DNA of 64,000 nucleotides, taken from positions 4,464,001 through 4,528,000 of the forward strand of contig CM119383.1 in assembly GCA_051294905.1 (NCBI GenBank). Direction: 5' to 3'. Positions 1 through 12,300 of the stretch are shown here, piece after piece; positions within the stretch are counted from its first letter, which is position 1; each line of letters begins with the position of its first letter. Both the position numbers and the translations under genes were made by a program. Under the pieces are notes generated by a model. The model worked only from the letters and a program-made list of their open reading frames with translations. It had not been told where the DNA came from and searched no databases. The stretch comes from Botryllus schlosseri. Lineage: Eukaryota.

Positions 1-171
1 GCGGGCTGCGGGTTGGCCGGCCCAGTGCTACAGTCATAATGTGGTATCCCTAACTTTTGCTATAAGTCGACCTTGTTTAGCACATTTGCTCGCGGCAGTG
101 AGCACCACTTGGCTATGGAAGAAGCGATGACTATAGTACTGTGAGTGTAGACTGTAGCTGTAGGGAGTCAT

Positions 172-755
172 TACGGCTTGGCAAAATCGAGTATACTTGT
201 GTGATTTCATTCTGAATCGAGTATTAGTCTTCGAGTCAAGCCGAGTATTCGATTATACCAGCACTCGTTATGACGCTATAACAGTTTATGAAATATATGG
301 CACATTCGAACATATACATCTTTCCTATTCTAAATTTTTATGGTGCATGAAAGTGACTTCCTGTTAGTTTACTTCGATGTTTTGTATGTACTTTGACTCA
401 GCCGGCTTCAGACTTACACCGCCATTTCGAAAAATCTCTAATAGCAAACTTCAATGCGCTACCAAGGTGTAATTAAAAAATATCGACGACAGTGGCAAAT
501 GGATGCTCAACCTCGTGCAGGATATATTTCGATCTGGATTTTAACATTTGAGTCGGAAACAGGATCCGGATATGTTCCCTAACCCTAACCCTAACCCTAA
601 CCCTAACCCTAACCCTAACCCTAACAGGATTGGATCCGCATCCCGAAAAACCATACTCCGTACCGTGATCGTACAATGTCAGTACTCGATAAAATCATCT
701 CTCACGACTGTACTCAAATTATGAGATACTCGGTTCGGATTCGAGTACGGCCCTA
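172..755. mobile_element. Diverged hAT-type MITE related to the 2087-2606 element, opposite orientation
   Basis: Left end acggcttggcaaaatcgagtat resembles the reverse complement of the right end of the 2087-2606 element. Right end cggattcgagtacggcccta is a partly deleted match to the reverse complement of its left end. Confidence 0.5.
577..624 (-). repeat. Interstitial telomeric repeat, (CCCTAA)8 = (TTAGGG)8 on the minus strand
   Basis: Eight perfect CCCTAA units read directly. Confidence 0.97.
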
Positions 756-903
756 GCAGTGAAGTCAGTGTGTGACGGGCTTTGCACAACCACCCAATAT
801 ACATAACGTTGTATTGCAATGTTGACCCTCATCAAAGAAAGTAAATGTGCTAACAGTATTCAGTAAATAGATTTCAGAGAGTGCTTGCCGCAGTGTTACC
901 CAC

Positions 904-3718
904 CGTATATACACATAATGAGGAACGCTCCGTGATTCGTTGCTGCCACTAAAAATCGCGCGACCACGAACAATGGGAACCAATGAGAGAAAGCCGTTAG
1001 AATGCCGAAAAAGATAGTGAGCAAATTGCAATAGAACATCGTAATCCGTCGGCCGTATCTAAAAAACGAAGCATGGTAATGCAAATAATAATTGCACCTT
1101 AAATATATTTGATCGCTAGGGTTCGTTCCATCTATAGTACAATAGTGCTTTTGAAATATCGTTTCAGCAAACAGTGCGGTGATTGATAAGTATTATAAAA
1201 TCTAAAATTGCAAGCGGACAAACTTTTCTGGATTATTAGTTTGATCTTTCCAAATAATGGAGTTTTTGAATTCATGGTATGTATTGATAATGATCCTGGG
1301 TCGGTTAATTTCAATAACTAATTCAAGCTTTTTCAAGATCATGAAACTTGGGATTTATAATACCAATCCTACCTACAATGCATATAGCATGACCTGGTGC
1401 AATGTTTTATGAATATTATATCCTCAAACAATGCAGGGAATGTACTATTGCCTGTATATGTATAGGGGTTATGGTTGAATGTACATTGTAAAATGTACGC
1501 ACGTACCTGTCAGACGTGTATCCAAACACAATCGCCCCGGCCCACATACCAAGGAAGTACACCGAGGTAGCGGCTGCGTTGATAACTTCCTTGTCGCATA
1601 TCATCTCCCACTGAAAAATAGACAATGCGTGGGCATCTGTTATTACATCACAGATTTGAACTCTGTGACTGTATCTAAGATATAGGGGAATCTTACGTCG
1701 AAAGTAGTCTGCGCATGCAATTGCATGCGATCAAATTGCATGATGGTATTTACATCGTGCGATGGACAAGATCTAACACACTCCTTGTCATGGTTCCCAA
1801 AATACACCGGTGCAGCACCAACTTTAGATGTTAATGTCAATTGTCTGGTTTGCAGTCTCATCAATCGTATGACATGTATAGCAAGGTAGCATATCTTTAT
1901 CAACTTTCTTTCATGTATACCAACGAACTCTCTGTTTGTCATTCGGTTCCGACTTATCACTCGCAAACATTATGCCATATGAGTGACAGTGAAAAGTGAA
2001 CTTTCCTATACCTAGACTTAAAAAGGAATGTCCAACAGCTAAATCAATCAAACAATTTGCGAAGCTCTTGCGTTTCACATTGTCACTAGGGCTGGGCACA
2101 ATGATTCGAGTACTCGAATCTGAATCGAATATTAATTTTAATGATTTGAGTCGAGTAGTAAAATACGATTTTTTCGAGTCCTGAAATTACACGCTCCTCG
2201 CCACTGCAATTGCAGTTAATTTATCAACGAGAATTATAGTTTCGATACTAATTTTCACTGTTGAAGTCTTGAAACCTTAATTGGCCGTTTCGTAGCATAC
2301 GAATCATATACTACTAAGCTACGAACGTTACGGGAAATAGCACATTGCCGAATGTCATGATCATCCCACAACATTGTCACCAAGTGCAATGAAATTGGTA
2401 TGGTCGAAAAGATGCCAAAGTATCTTTAAAATGTGATGGATAACAGACATTATATTCTTCGTGGTCGCATAAAAGGCATATAATTAAACTTTGACATATT
2501 AAATTTTGTTATGACATCATAATGAGTGATACTCGAATACTCGACTCGAAGCATATTACGTGATCCAGAATCGAATCGCTGTGATACTCGATTTTGCCCA
2601 GCCCTAATTGTCACCTATAGACGAAACAGAATTGTTGTCATAAATATGACACCAGAGCTCTTCACACCTGCGTGTCTATGGTTCTTGTAAACTCTGACGT
2701 GTCAAAGTGATATCCCATGTCGCAATTAATTGTCTGTGCAGTCTTATTCACGCAGGCGAGAGTTTCATCGCATGTTTGTAGGTCATAACCGTATCTATAA
2801 CCAATAAATCAGTTGAACTATCATCTTGCAACCGTCCAACAGACCACAGTATACCGCTGACATCCGTCGTACTGATCTTTATCGCTGTCGTACGGAGTGG
2901 TGAGGTCCAAGATTAGAGATTCGTTGAGATAGGGGTAGGCCGAGCTGTTGTCTATCGGCGGGACATTGCATCTAAATAGTGCGGAGTAAAAATTCTGTCA
3001 CATGTTTTCCGATCTGTATGATGGTTTCGTGAGTCGATTACCGCCCGAAACAAAGTTTGCCGGTCGGAACTGCACTATATCGTGGACTCTGTACAGCAGA
3101 GTTGGACTTTGCTCTTTCTAACACGATATCCACAGCCCCGGCTATTGCGCTTATGCGGTCACAAGTCTGCAGTAGGCTACACTTCTATTATCGTTTGCGC
3201 CCGATCCAGCTCCCCGAAAGTTTTACAAGCCCAATTTGTAATTGATATTGTTGGGAGATGTACCTCCGGCCAGAATTAGCGGCCTGACGTGGATGTGGCC
3301 GACGGGTTTGGCCAGTTATGCTCTGATAGCCGCTCACAATGTGTGCTCGTATGATAGCATTTAGCCCACAAACTATATCGTTCCAACTCTACAAAGATCC
3401 GTTGGTTCATGTTATGGGCACCACTCTTATACGAATAGATTCGCCACGAGAGAGCTTATTATCATGCAATTATTCAATGGATATGTCATTAACCATCGAA
3501 TGGTTATGATTATATCAACAGCAAAAAACATCACCTTCTTTACGTGCCACCACATGAAGAACAATAACTTACCTGTATTCAATAGGGGGCGCGTAGAATA
3601 CTGATGCAAGACTGTGTAATCCGGCAGGTATGCCTAACCAGTATACCAAGGAAACAATGCGAAATTGATATTTTCCAAAGTGACCGATTCGGTCAAGCAC
3701 TATATCAAATTCTATCAT
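904..3718 (-). CDS. SLC22-family organic cation/anion (MFS) transporter, first five coding exons; gene continues beyond the window start
   Basis: Exons 3718-3573, 2971-2855, 2794-2668, 1610-1507 and 1058-904, all GT-AG and phase-consistent. Translation: MIEFDIVLDRIGHFGKYQ...RCNVPP...CDMGYHFDTSEFTRTIDTQWEMICD...YFLGMWAGAIVFGYTSDRYGRR...FVVARFLVA. Contains the SLC22 extracellular Cys loop, W-x-x-x-C-D and the MFS motif A. The 104 and 155 bp exons match typical SLC22 exon sizes (recalled). Confidence 0.93.
2087..2606. mobile_element. hAT MITE (TAGGGCTGGGCA TIR) in an SLC22 intron
   Basis: 12-bp TIR tagggctgggca/tgcccagcccta; perfect 8-bp TSD attgtcac (2079-2086 and 2607-2614). Confidence 0.92.
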
Positions 3719-4493
3719 CACGAATATGCTAGGTTTTCGATACTGTTGCTACAGCGCTGCGAATGACACAGTATGCTTAGTACATAATTAGATAGCAATA
3801 TATACAATTCTTCACCATTCAAATAGTCTGAAATGGGATCAGGGATTTCAGATGATCAATTTCATTCTTATTAGACATAATCTTTCCTCAGCTCTTTGTA
3901 CTCTATACGGATTGAATCTTGTGGGATTTGCAGTCTGGTAAATTGCACAATTCAATAGCTAATGAAGACTATGATGATAAAGCAGCTTTGTTGTGAACCG
4001 CGGTGACTCTCGGACTTTCGTGAGATGCATTGGCCTTTGACAAACTACCAGCATACGAAATATACTACGAGGAAAAGACTGTTAAGTATTAGGTATATTT
4101 TGTCTCCTTCCCCGTCTCACCAATCCTTGACATTCAGCATTGACCTCAGTTCGTAACCCTGGCGTGATTGATTGCATAGTGGAAAGATATCACAATCCTC
4201 ACAAAAGCTGTCGGCGAACTTGACAACGCCTGAGCATCCTTGAGTCAATGTGAGATGTCCACATGTCGCCTCCATTCAACTGAATCCGCGGCACTAAAGA
4301 TGCTAAATGAGACGTCACGGAGCTCTTGAAAGGTCATGGACTTGAATTGCAGTTCGTCGGCCCATCCGGAACTGCCGAAATCAAACGTTACAGCAAAGTG
4401 GTAGATGACTTCCGTTCTTAAGCCATATTGACACTATATGTTTGGTCAGTTTTGTGTTTAGGAAAACGACCATAAATATCAGTAACAACAGAT

Positions 4494-4590
4494 ACCATAT
4501 ATAGCTCAGTGGCTAGACCCTGGTTTCACAGACTAGGGGTCGCGGGCTCGAACCAAGCCCCTGACAAACAAACAACATAGTGCCGCTCCC
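4494..4590 (+). pseudogene. tRNA-derived SINE head or tRNA pseudogene
   Basis: A-box tagctcagtggctaga, anticodon-like hairpin ccctggt-ttcacag-actaggg, degenerate B-box gggctcgaacc. No acceptor-stem pairing. Followed by an aaac tail. Confidence 0.55.
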
Positions 4591-5538
4591 AAGCTCCACA
4601 AATAATAGAAGCCGAGAGACTCTCTCTCTCTCTCCTTTTCCCACCGGAAACAGCATGAGTCGATATGGTTGGATTTGCCGAAAATCTACACATGGCCCCT
4701 TTCAACTCTTGATTGTTGGTATTCTATGGGAAATAGAATACAACCCGTGTTATTCTCAGCTATACTTATATACCTACGTTTTGAACCGTGTATTATCCGA
4801 AATGACGCTCGTTTCGCAACTGGCCGTTAACATATTTATAATGGACTATATAAACTGTAACAGCCAAGCCACGACACAAACAACTCAATATCTGAACCCG
4901 TCAAATTTTCTCTCGTTTTCACTCACACATTCTCTCTCTCTCTCTCTCACATACGCATGAAAATATCGCGGATAGCCAGTGGTTTCTATATATATTTTTT
5001 TTCATATGTTAAAAATTATATATTTATAATCAGTTGTTCATGGGGGCAGTGAAAAACGATGTATACTGTTTGCTTATTCGCTACATTACCCAATTTTTCG
5101 ATTAAGCGTAGGGATTCCTACGTATAGTAATGCCGTTGTCATTTGACATGTGGTTTACAAGATTTAGCATGTGAATAAATATGTATAAGGTTGCTTGTAA
5201 AGATAGGCTTGTTGCCTTACGCCCTTAATCACTCAGCGCGACTCGTTTTCATCCACTGATGCCGCTGTATGTTTACTCAGTAAACTGCACTACAAGGCCG
5301 CGCGCTTTCAGTACATTTCCATGAAGTGAATTCTGTGCTTTTGTAAGACTCTGTATACTTAGGACATCGAGCAATCGTTTTACGACACGTCACCAATAAT
5401 CAAACGTCCACACTTAGCGAATGCGACTATCTATTTAAAACAATATAGTTATATATATTTTATCTATATATTTATAGGACGGTCAATGCGCCAACCACAA
5501 CATTTTAATTTGCGATTGTGATCCGGAAAAGTAATTAT

Positions 5539-6042
5539 TAGGGCAAGTTTATGCAACTTTTTTTACAGCTTCCTAAATACTTAGAAGTATGTAGTATGGT
5601 GTTTTAAGCTGTTTGGAGATATTGCAACTTTTTTCCATTCTTTCATGCAAATTATTGAAACTTTTTCCGATTTTTCATGCAACTTCTTGCTACTGTTTTC
5701 GGATTTCTTCATGCAACTAACTTTTTACTGGAAATATTTGCAATATATCTGAATAGATCGCTTGATTATCTCACTGTCGTTTAAAGTTGAGGTACTTTCT
5801 GATTTGACGTACATTCAGGCTAGACTGCCGAAAATTATATTTTCACTGGGTCAATTTTTTCAGGCTATTGATGTTGTTGAAGTCGCCAACACTGAGTTTT
5901 GCTTCGGGTACGGATCGATTCGAGTATCTCATAACCTAATAATTCCAAGGAACTTGTCCATAAATGCAACTTCTTAGTGCAACTTTTGTAAAAACATAAA
6001 TGAAAGTTTCCACGGGTTTGTCTGCAACAAAAACTTGCCCTA
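5539..6042. mobile_element. hAT MITE (TAGGGCAAGTTT TIR)
   Basis: TIR tagggcaagttt/aaacttgcccta; TSD gtaattat/ataattat (7/8). A related partial copy starts near 58391. Confidence 0.8.
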
Positions 6043-6355
6043 ATAATTATAATCACTCATAAACCACACAGGACGGAACAATTTACTCTTATACCTGGAG
6101 ATAAATACTTTGCAGCAGAGTCGATAGAATTTAACGTATATTCTTAAGATATATCATAATGCACTTGCACATTAACTTGTGTAACAATAGACAAAGAATT
6201 TTACATATGCTCTGTAGATTCAATGGAATGCATGAAACCCATAAGCCAGAAATTGAGATCGCACGGTGCGATCATTTATGTCGATAGTGCATCCATTTAT
6301 TGTTGATCGGCTGTTTCTCTGGAATGCAGGCTCGATTCGTCAGTACATCGTGCAA

Positions 6356-9300
6356 TCACGTCCCGTTGGTGTAAAGATCAAAAGAACGTAAATAAGTCGC
6401 GATGGTGCGATGGCAAAACTCGTATTGACTCTGTAACCAACATAGAAAGTCTTTGAAACGATTAGTTTGATTGCAAATGCACTAAAGTGTTCTATAAAAA
6501 TTCCATTGGCAACATCTACTAATATATTCAACCCTTGAAAGGGGTGGCGAGATAGCGCAGTGGTATAATCCGCGGCTGCAACACCGAGGTCGGCTTCGGA
6601 ATTCCCAATACCGAAGTGTTGGAGGTTTATCTTGGCTCCTCCTCGCCACCTGATCCGCGTAAGCTTGTCTTACAAAAAGCCAGAAGTGGGCCGTGGTATA
6701 AGTCGGCAGTTGTGGAATAAAAAATAACGAATATCGGCCTGGTGTAAATAACCATATTAGTCGACAAACACCATGAATACCTCAAAAACAAACAAACCCT
6801 TGAAAGGAGAAAGAAAGAAATTGCAAGTAGATTTATGCGATACTATCTGAACCACGCTATTCTGATGCTGTTCGCAGGATCACAGGATTTATTAGTTAAG
6901 TGAGATTTGAACTTCCCTTCCCTAAATCTATCTATGGGAGACCTAAACCCACTGCTCAAAAATGGTGACATAACACTAAAATTGGTAAAAGTACATCAGT
7001 TTATGTCAGGGCATTGCCGGTATCGTACTGGTACATACATTTTCCATGCTTTGATAATGTTTTGGTGTCAAAATGAGATATGCATAAATGAGAACTAGCG
7101 CAGGTCCGTGGAATTTTACGGTCGTGGTCTTACCGTAGTTCTGACCATAAGCGGCCGGAGATCTCTCAAATCCTTCACAGTCCGGAACACGTCGATTTTA
7201 TTTTCCGATTTCAGTCGCTGGATGAGGTTGATAACCGCGCAAAACACGCCCGTGATACCGGACCCGTCACTGCGATCGAAAAAAAGTATAAGGGTCTACT
7301 TCGTTGCATTGAAAAGGAAGGGCAGTGTGGCGTTTTTATGTGGTATCTGGACTTATAAGACGGAAACATTTAATCGCCGATCCGACTATGCGTTGGTTAT
7401 CGGCAGGGAATCGGTAAGGTGGTACCGTAAAATATATCGTAGTTCGCACCACGACATTTGTTCACGGGATAAATTGTACCCATATATGTCACGGTTACGA
7501 TTCATATAAGTATGGAAAAGTTAGTAGACTTTTTTGTTTCTTTGCGAAAAATGGACATGGACACACGGTGAATGAACCAGCGGTCCTGCGCCCACCATCA
7601 TTTCATACGCGAGTTGAATTTACGATACAGAAAACTTGATAAAATTTCGAAGGAGGATGCCTTTACCACGGTTGTATGCATATCTCTGTACAATAAGAAC
7701 GAACATCGTTCCACAATAACGACACTTCGAAGAATATTTCGGCATTGACAATGCAGAACATTGGAAGCCACAAAACTGCCTATTTCGCTCCATGACGTCA
7801 ATCGGTATAGTCGGTTTATTAGTGGTATTTCTTTGTATGGCGTCGTCCCTTTCACGATAGACGTGTCGCGATGAAAACTAACTTCTATGTGATGTAAAAT
7901 GACATGATATAATATAGGGTAGCATACGATTAATACTGTTGGAAATGGCACATCAAGCGCTTGTCATCCTATACCTCTTGTGCATCAATACAAGGATTCC
8001 AAGTATATACTCCGATACTTCATTGGCCACCATGCAGTGTTGATGAATCGCATGCGCATAAATCTAACGAAGACTGATTTGTGATTGTTGGGTTGATGTT
8101 ATTGTCATTTTAAAGCACAAAATAAAAACTACGAAAACTTTATTTATGTGTTCACGACGGACTCCAATGACCAAGACCTCGCTATAGTGGGGCAAACCCG
8201 TCTGCTATTCAACATGGGTGTATTTGTGTGGCTGATTCTGATGTTACGCGCCAGGTAGTACATATGTCTACTGCGCAGCCACATGCTATTTCAACCAGTG
8301 TCATTTAAACGCTAATTACAAGCCAAGTCCAAAGTCCAATTGTACACAAAAGGAGTCTTTAATGTCTGTTCTGCTACCTGCAGTGCACGAGGACTCTCGT
8401 TTTCGGCCCGTTGGCCGGGGCTGACTGCCGTTCCTGCTGGACATGCCTGTCCACGTGAGCGATCATCTCCAGTAGGATGGAATCGCAGTTTTCTGGAATG
8501 GGTCCGTCATCGAGCCAGCTGCCGTACTGTATATGCGTCACGGGTTTCGTGACCTGTTCGCAGTACAAATACACTTTACCAAGTTGACCAACAAGTTATG
8601 CAATTGCGGCTTGTATATCTTATTATATACACATGAAAACCTTAATCGGGAAAAGCACTCTGTCGGCTGTTATTCGTAAATTACCCGTAGCATCTTCAAG
8701 ACATGCAAGATATATAGCCCCACAAGGCGCAGTTTAGACACAATTCCGGGGCTGCGATACAACGACTATATCGCACGGTGCTTTCATTAATTTCACTGAT
8801 AGAAACGTGCGAATCGATCAATAAACTAGCTGAAACTTGACAAACAAAAAGAGGGCGCGAGCTGGCTTTACCAGTAAAAGTAGTCTGACACCATTTGTGT
8901 GCATGTCACGTTAAATAAACAACAAGGGCACTCCGAAAACGCATTAGTACTTCGTTACTGACGACTATTTATTCATTATTGCTGCCAACAAAATGAGCAA
9001 TAGATGTTTCAAGTCTAGCGGTTGCCTAATCTTGTTTACTTATTTCTATGTAGTATACTACATCCTATTTACCTTCCCCCTGTCGGTCACTGTGATGCAT
9101 AGCTTCGTTTCGGTGTAGCTCGTGTGGTCCTGAGTTTGTTCGAACTGAATCGTAATGTCCCCGATCTCCTTGCTGTCCTCAATCGGCCAATATTGCGGGC
9201 AGTATTCCTGAAATGTGTCCCCGGGATGTGCATGTTCAAATATTCACGTTTTGTATGACCACAAACAAAATATTGATAGTTCTACATAAAGCTAATTTCG

Positions 9301-12300
9301 TATTTTCTCGCCCATACTACCTATATCGTAGCTACCGACTTCACGAAATTGACATTTCCACTAACCCAACGTGTGTACTGTGTAGCTTTGCACTACATAT
9401 TTCGATCCCGCGATACTACCAATAAAATTCCAAGGCTATCACCTTGAAAAAAAGCATCAAAACTATAATAATTCCCATTGGTCACATAACTATTAGCATA
9501 CCTACCCCATCACCCGAAAAACGCGTGGCTGAATCACGCTGCAATTACATAAATTCTGGCGACCACTACGATGTACAATGTACATGTGTAGTGAAGATAT
9601 TCGAGTGAAATATATGCACTTACCGTTAGCACCAACTTCCATACGCCTGAACTGAGCCGTAACGGAAGTACAGCCCGGTTAGATCAACGTGGCAATATTT
9701 ATGGGGCGCGGGCGCACATAATGAGGTGCTCAATACAGAATGAAATTACGAATTTTTCGATTTCCACACACAAATAGACCAGAATTCCTTCAAAGCACCA
9801 AGTTTGACCACCAATATCAACATTCAACATACTTCACGACCTACCACACTATCTCGACCCCACATATCATGCCTGTCTATTAAAAACTAAGCTATGGCCT
9901 ATCATGTTCATCAAGAGCATACATTTAACATACCATATCATCAACCAGTAAAGGTGTCAGCATCACAATGCACGTGACATTATTGTCGAGAACCATGCGC
10001 CAGAAATCTTCCTCCGAATTCGAGTACGGATTCTGCGTCGCTATCATTTCAAAAGATCCGTCATAGGTCTGAAAAAGTTCCAACACGCTTAAAAGTTGTC
10101 AAAGCAGTCAGCGTTGATACTTAATTAGAAGTAGACGAAACGTCATACATTTCTACTCGTGTTGCAAGTTACTGCAGTAAGAAATTGTTTTGCCTAAACT
10201 GTTGAGTGTCGAAAAGATAGCGTAATGATGGAGCGTCCGGCTTCTTGATCGTGGGTTTAATCCCCGGACAGGTCAGACCAAAGACCTGATCAGTAATGCC
10301 GGTATATATGGCTTGTTTGTTTGGTTGTTATTCATGGTGTTCGTGGATTACAGTGGTTATTTACATCAGCATGATTGTCTTTATTTGGATTCCGTATGTG
10401 CCGACTTGTAGCGCGGCCCAATTCTTAGCTTTTTAAAGACACCGCCTGCGCGGATCAGGTGGCGAGGAGGAGCCTAGATAAACTTCCAACACTTAGGTAG
10501 GAATTCTGGTGTCGACCTCGGACTCCATGGGCGTTGCAGCCGTGGATCATACCACTACGCTATCTCGGCTAATTAGTACTGGTATCTATGGCTTGGTGCC
10601 CAGCATTGCCGGGATAACATAGAGGGGTTGGGCAAGACTTAGAACGCCTTACAAGGCTATTTCCGCACCTTCCTTTGTCCAGCGGCATATGCATATCATG
10701 TGTTAATGGTAGGCATGTGGACACTGGACAGATCGTGTGTATGTTTATCATGAGTTGGTGCATATGCCGAAAAAACATCAAGGGCAAAGATATACAACGT
10801 CCTAGTAAAGTGGACGTAGTCATAAAAGATAAACACGTGAGTATAAGTACGAGTATAGCCAAGACCTATTTGAGTAAACTGAAAAATTATTAGGTTACTC
10901 GCCAACTTTTATCATTGAATAAAGTATATTCATATTGAAATAAACCCGAGTAATGTCGGCCGACACTAGTCATGGGTGATCGTCAGCAGCTATAACAGAG
11001 AGAATTGGAAAGAGCATTGTATTCAAGCGAAAATATTCGGGTTTATTTCAATATGAATATATTATTCAATTGTATATTGTAGTTCTGTGCCTCCAAGAAG
11101 CCCCTCTCATCATTCGTTGCCTAAAATGAAACTACGCGGGAACACGCGGAGATTTCTCACCGATATCGGCGACGCGTTCGCGTACGGCGGACGCATCTCG
11201 GCCGGCCTCATGCGGACGAAGATTTGACTGTGTTCATCTGCCAATCGCAAACGGTTACGGTTGAGTTAAGACGCGCTTCGGCGGCGTGTACACGCTCTTA
11301 CAGGGAATGACTTTAGAATCGCGATTCTTTTCGGCGTTCTGCGGCAGCGAGCCGGATCCGAACCTGGAGTTTTGCGGGGGGACCAGGGAAAGCAGCTCGA
11401 ATTCTTCGGCGAACACTCGTTTGTCAGTATCTCCCTCCCTGATTTGCGAGAAGAGAAATTTTATTAGAGGCGCTAAATTGATGATGTAAAGGTCTCTGCA
11501 GACAGGGCAACAGTGCGAGCAAGTCGAAATTATACATGTAAAATGTAAATACATGCGTGGGAAATAGATGTATTTACCGGACACCCAATGGGTCAAAACG
11601 AATCAAATACAGCCATCATTGATGAAAATACAGAAAAGTTGCGTTTCCACAACTGCCGTACGACATTCGCCTTTTGCATCAAGACAGCACGATGCTTTTT
11701 CTTGAGAAAAGTCAAGCACTTCCTATATGTTACCGAGTCAGCATTGACATTGCGTGCAGGACCTACTTTTCCGATTCCTTCATTCGCTCTTCAAACTCGG
11801 CGACGGTGTAATCGGTGGGCTTGAAATAATGATGCTCGAGAAGGAGTTTGTGAAGAAGTACGTACTGATCCTGCCAATCGAAACAAATCACCAAATAAAG
11901 TACCCAAATATTGCGGCAATCCCGTGGTTTCAATTATGAGACTCAACCTTCGTTGGCTAGGTGACGCATTTCTTTGTATATAGTTTCGAAAAATCGGAAA
12001 GCACGGAATTTGGCGTTCATTATCCCCAAGGTCAGGGGCGGCTGAATCGACAAGGGATAGGAGATATTTTCAACATTTATGAACGCAGCTGGGTGATGAA
12101 ACTCACGTCCGCCAGGAACGTAAACAAATTTTACTCAACAAATATTAAAATAAGTCATATTACACAAGAACTGCGTCGCAAATTCGTGACAGGTTGACTC
12201 TAGCAGCAGACCAGTGTTTCTAAGCTCGAACGAAATATGCGAATAGGAAACAAAACGAAAGTATAAAAAGAATGAAGAAAAACTGAAACACAACAAACGG

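Noticed and set aside
473-676. ORF with an RVRVRV repeat
   Set aside because: It is only the translation of the (TTAGGG)n tract.
1635-1675. Apparent DTVTE peptide followed by a non-GT donor before the WEMICD exon
   Set aside because: The true upstream exon (2794-2668, ...RTIDTQ) splices canonically, so no non-canonical intron is needed.
6630-6670. CUCCUCGC in SINE family A, resembling the HDV ribozyme L3 loop
   Set aside because: The flanks cannot form P3 (ucc versus cac), and no P1 or P1.1 pairing was found.
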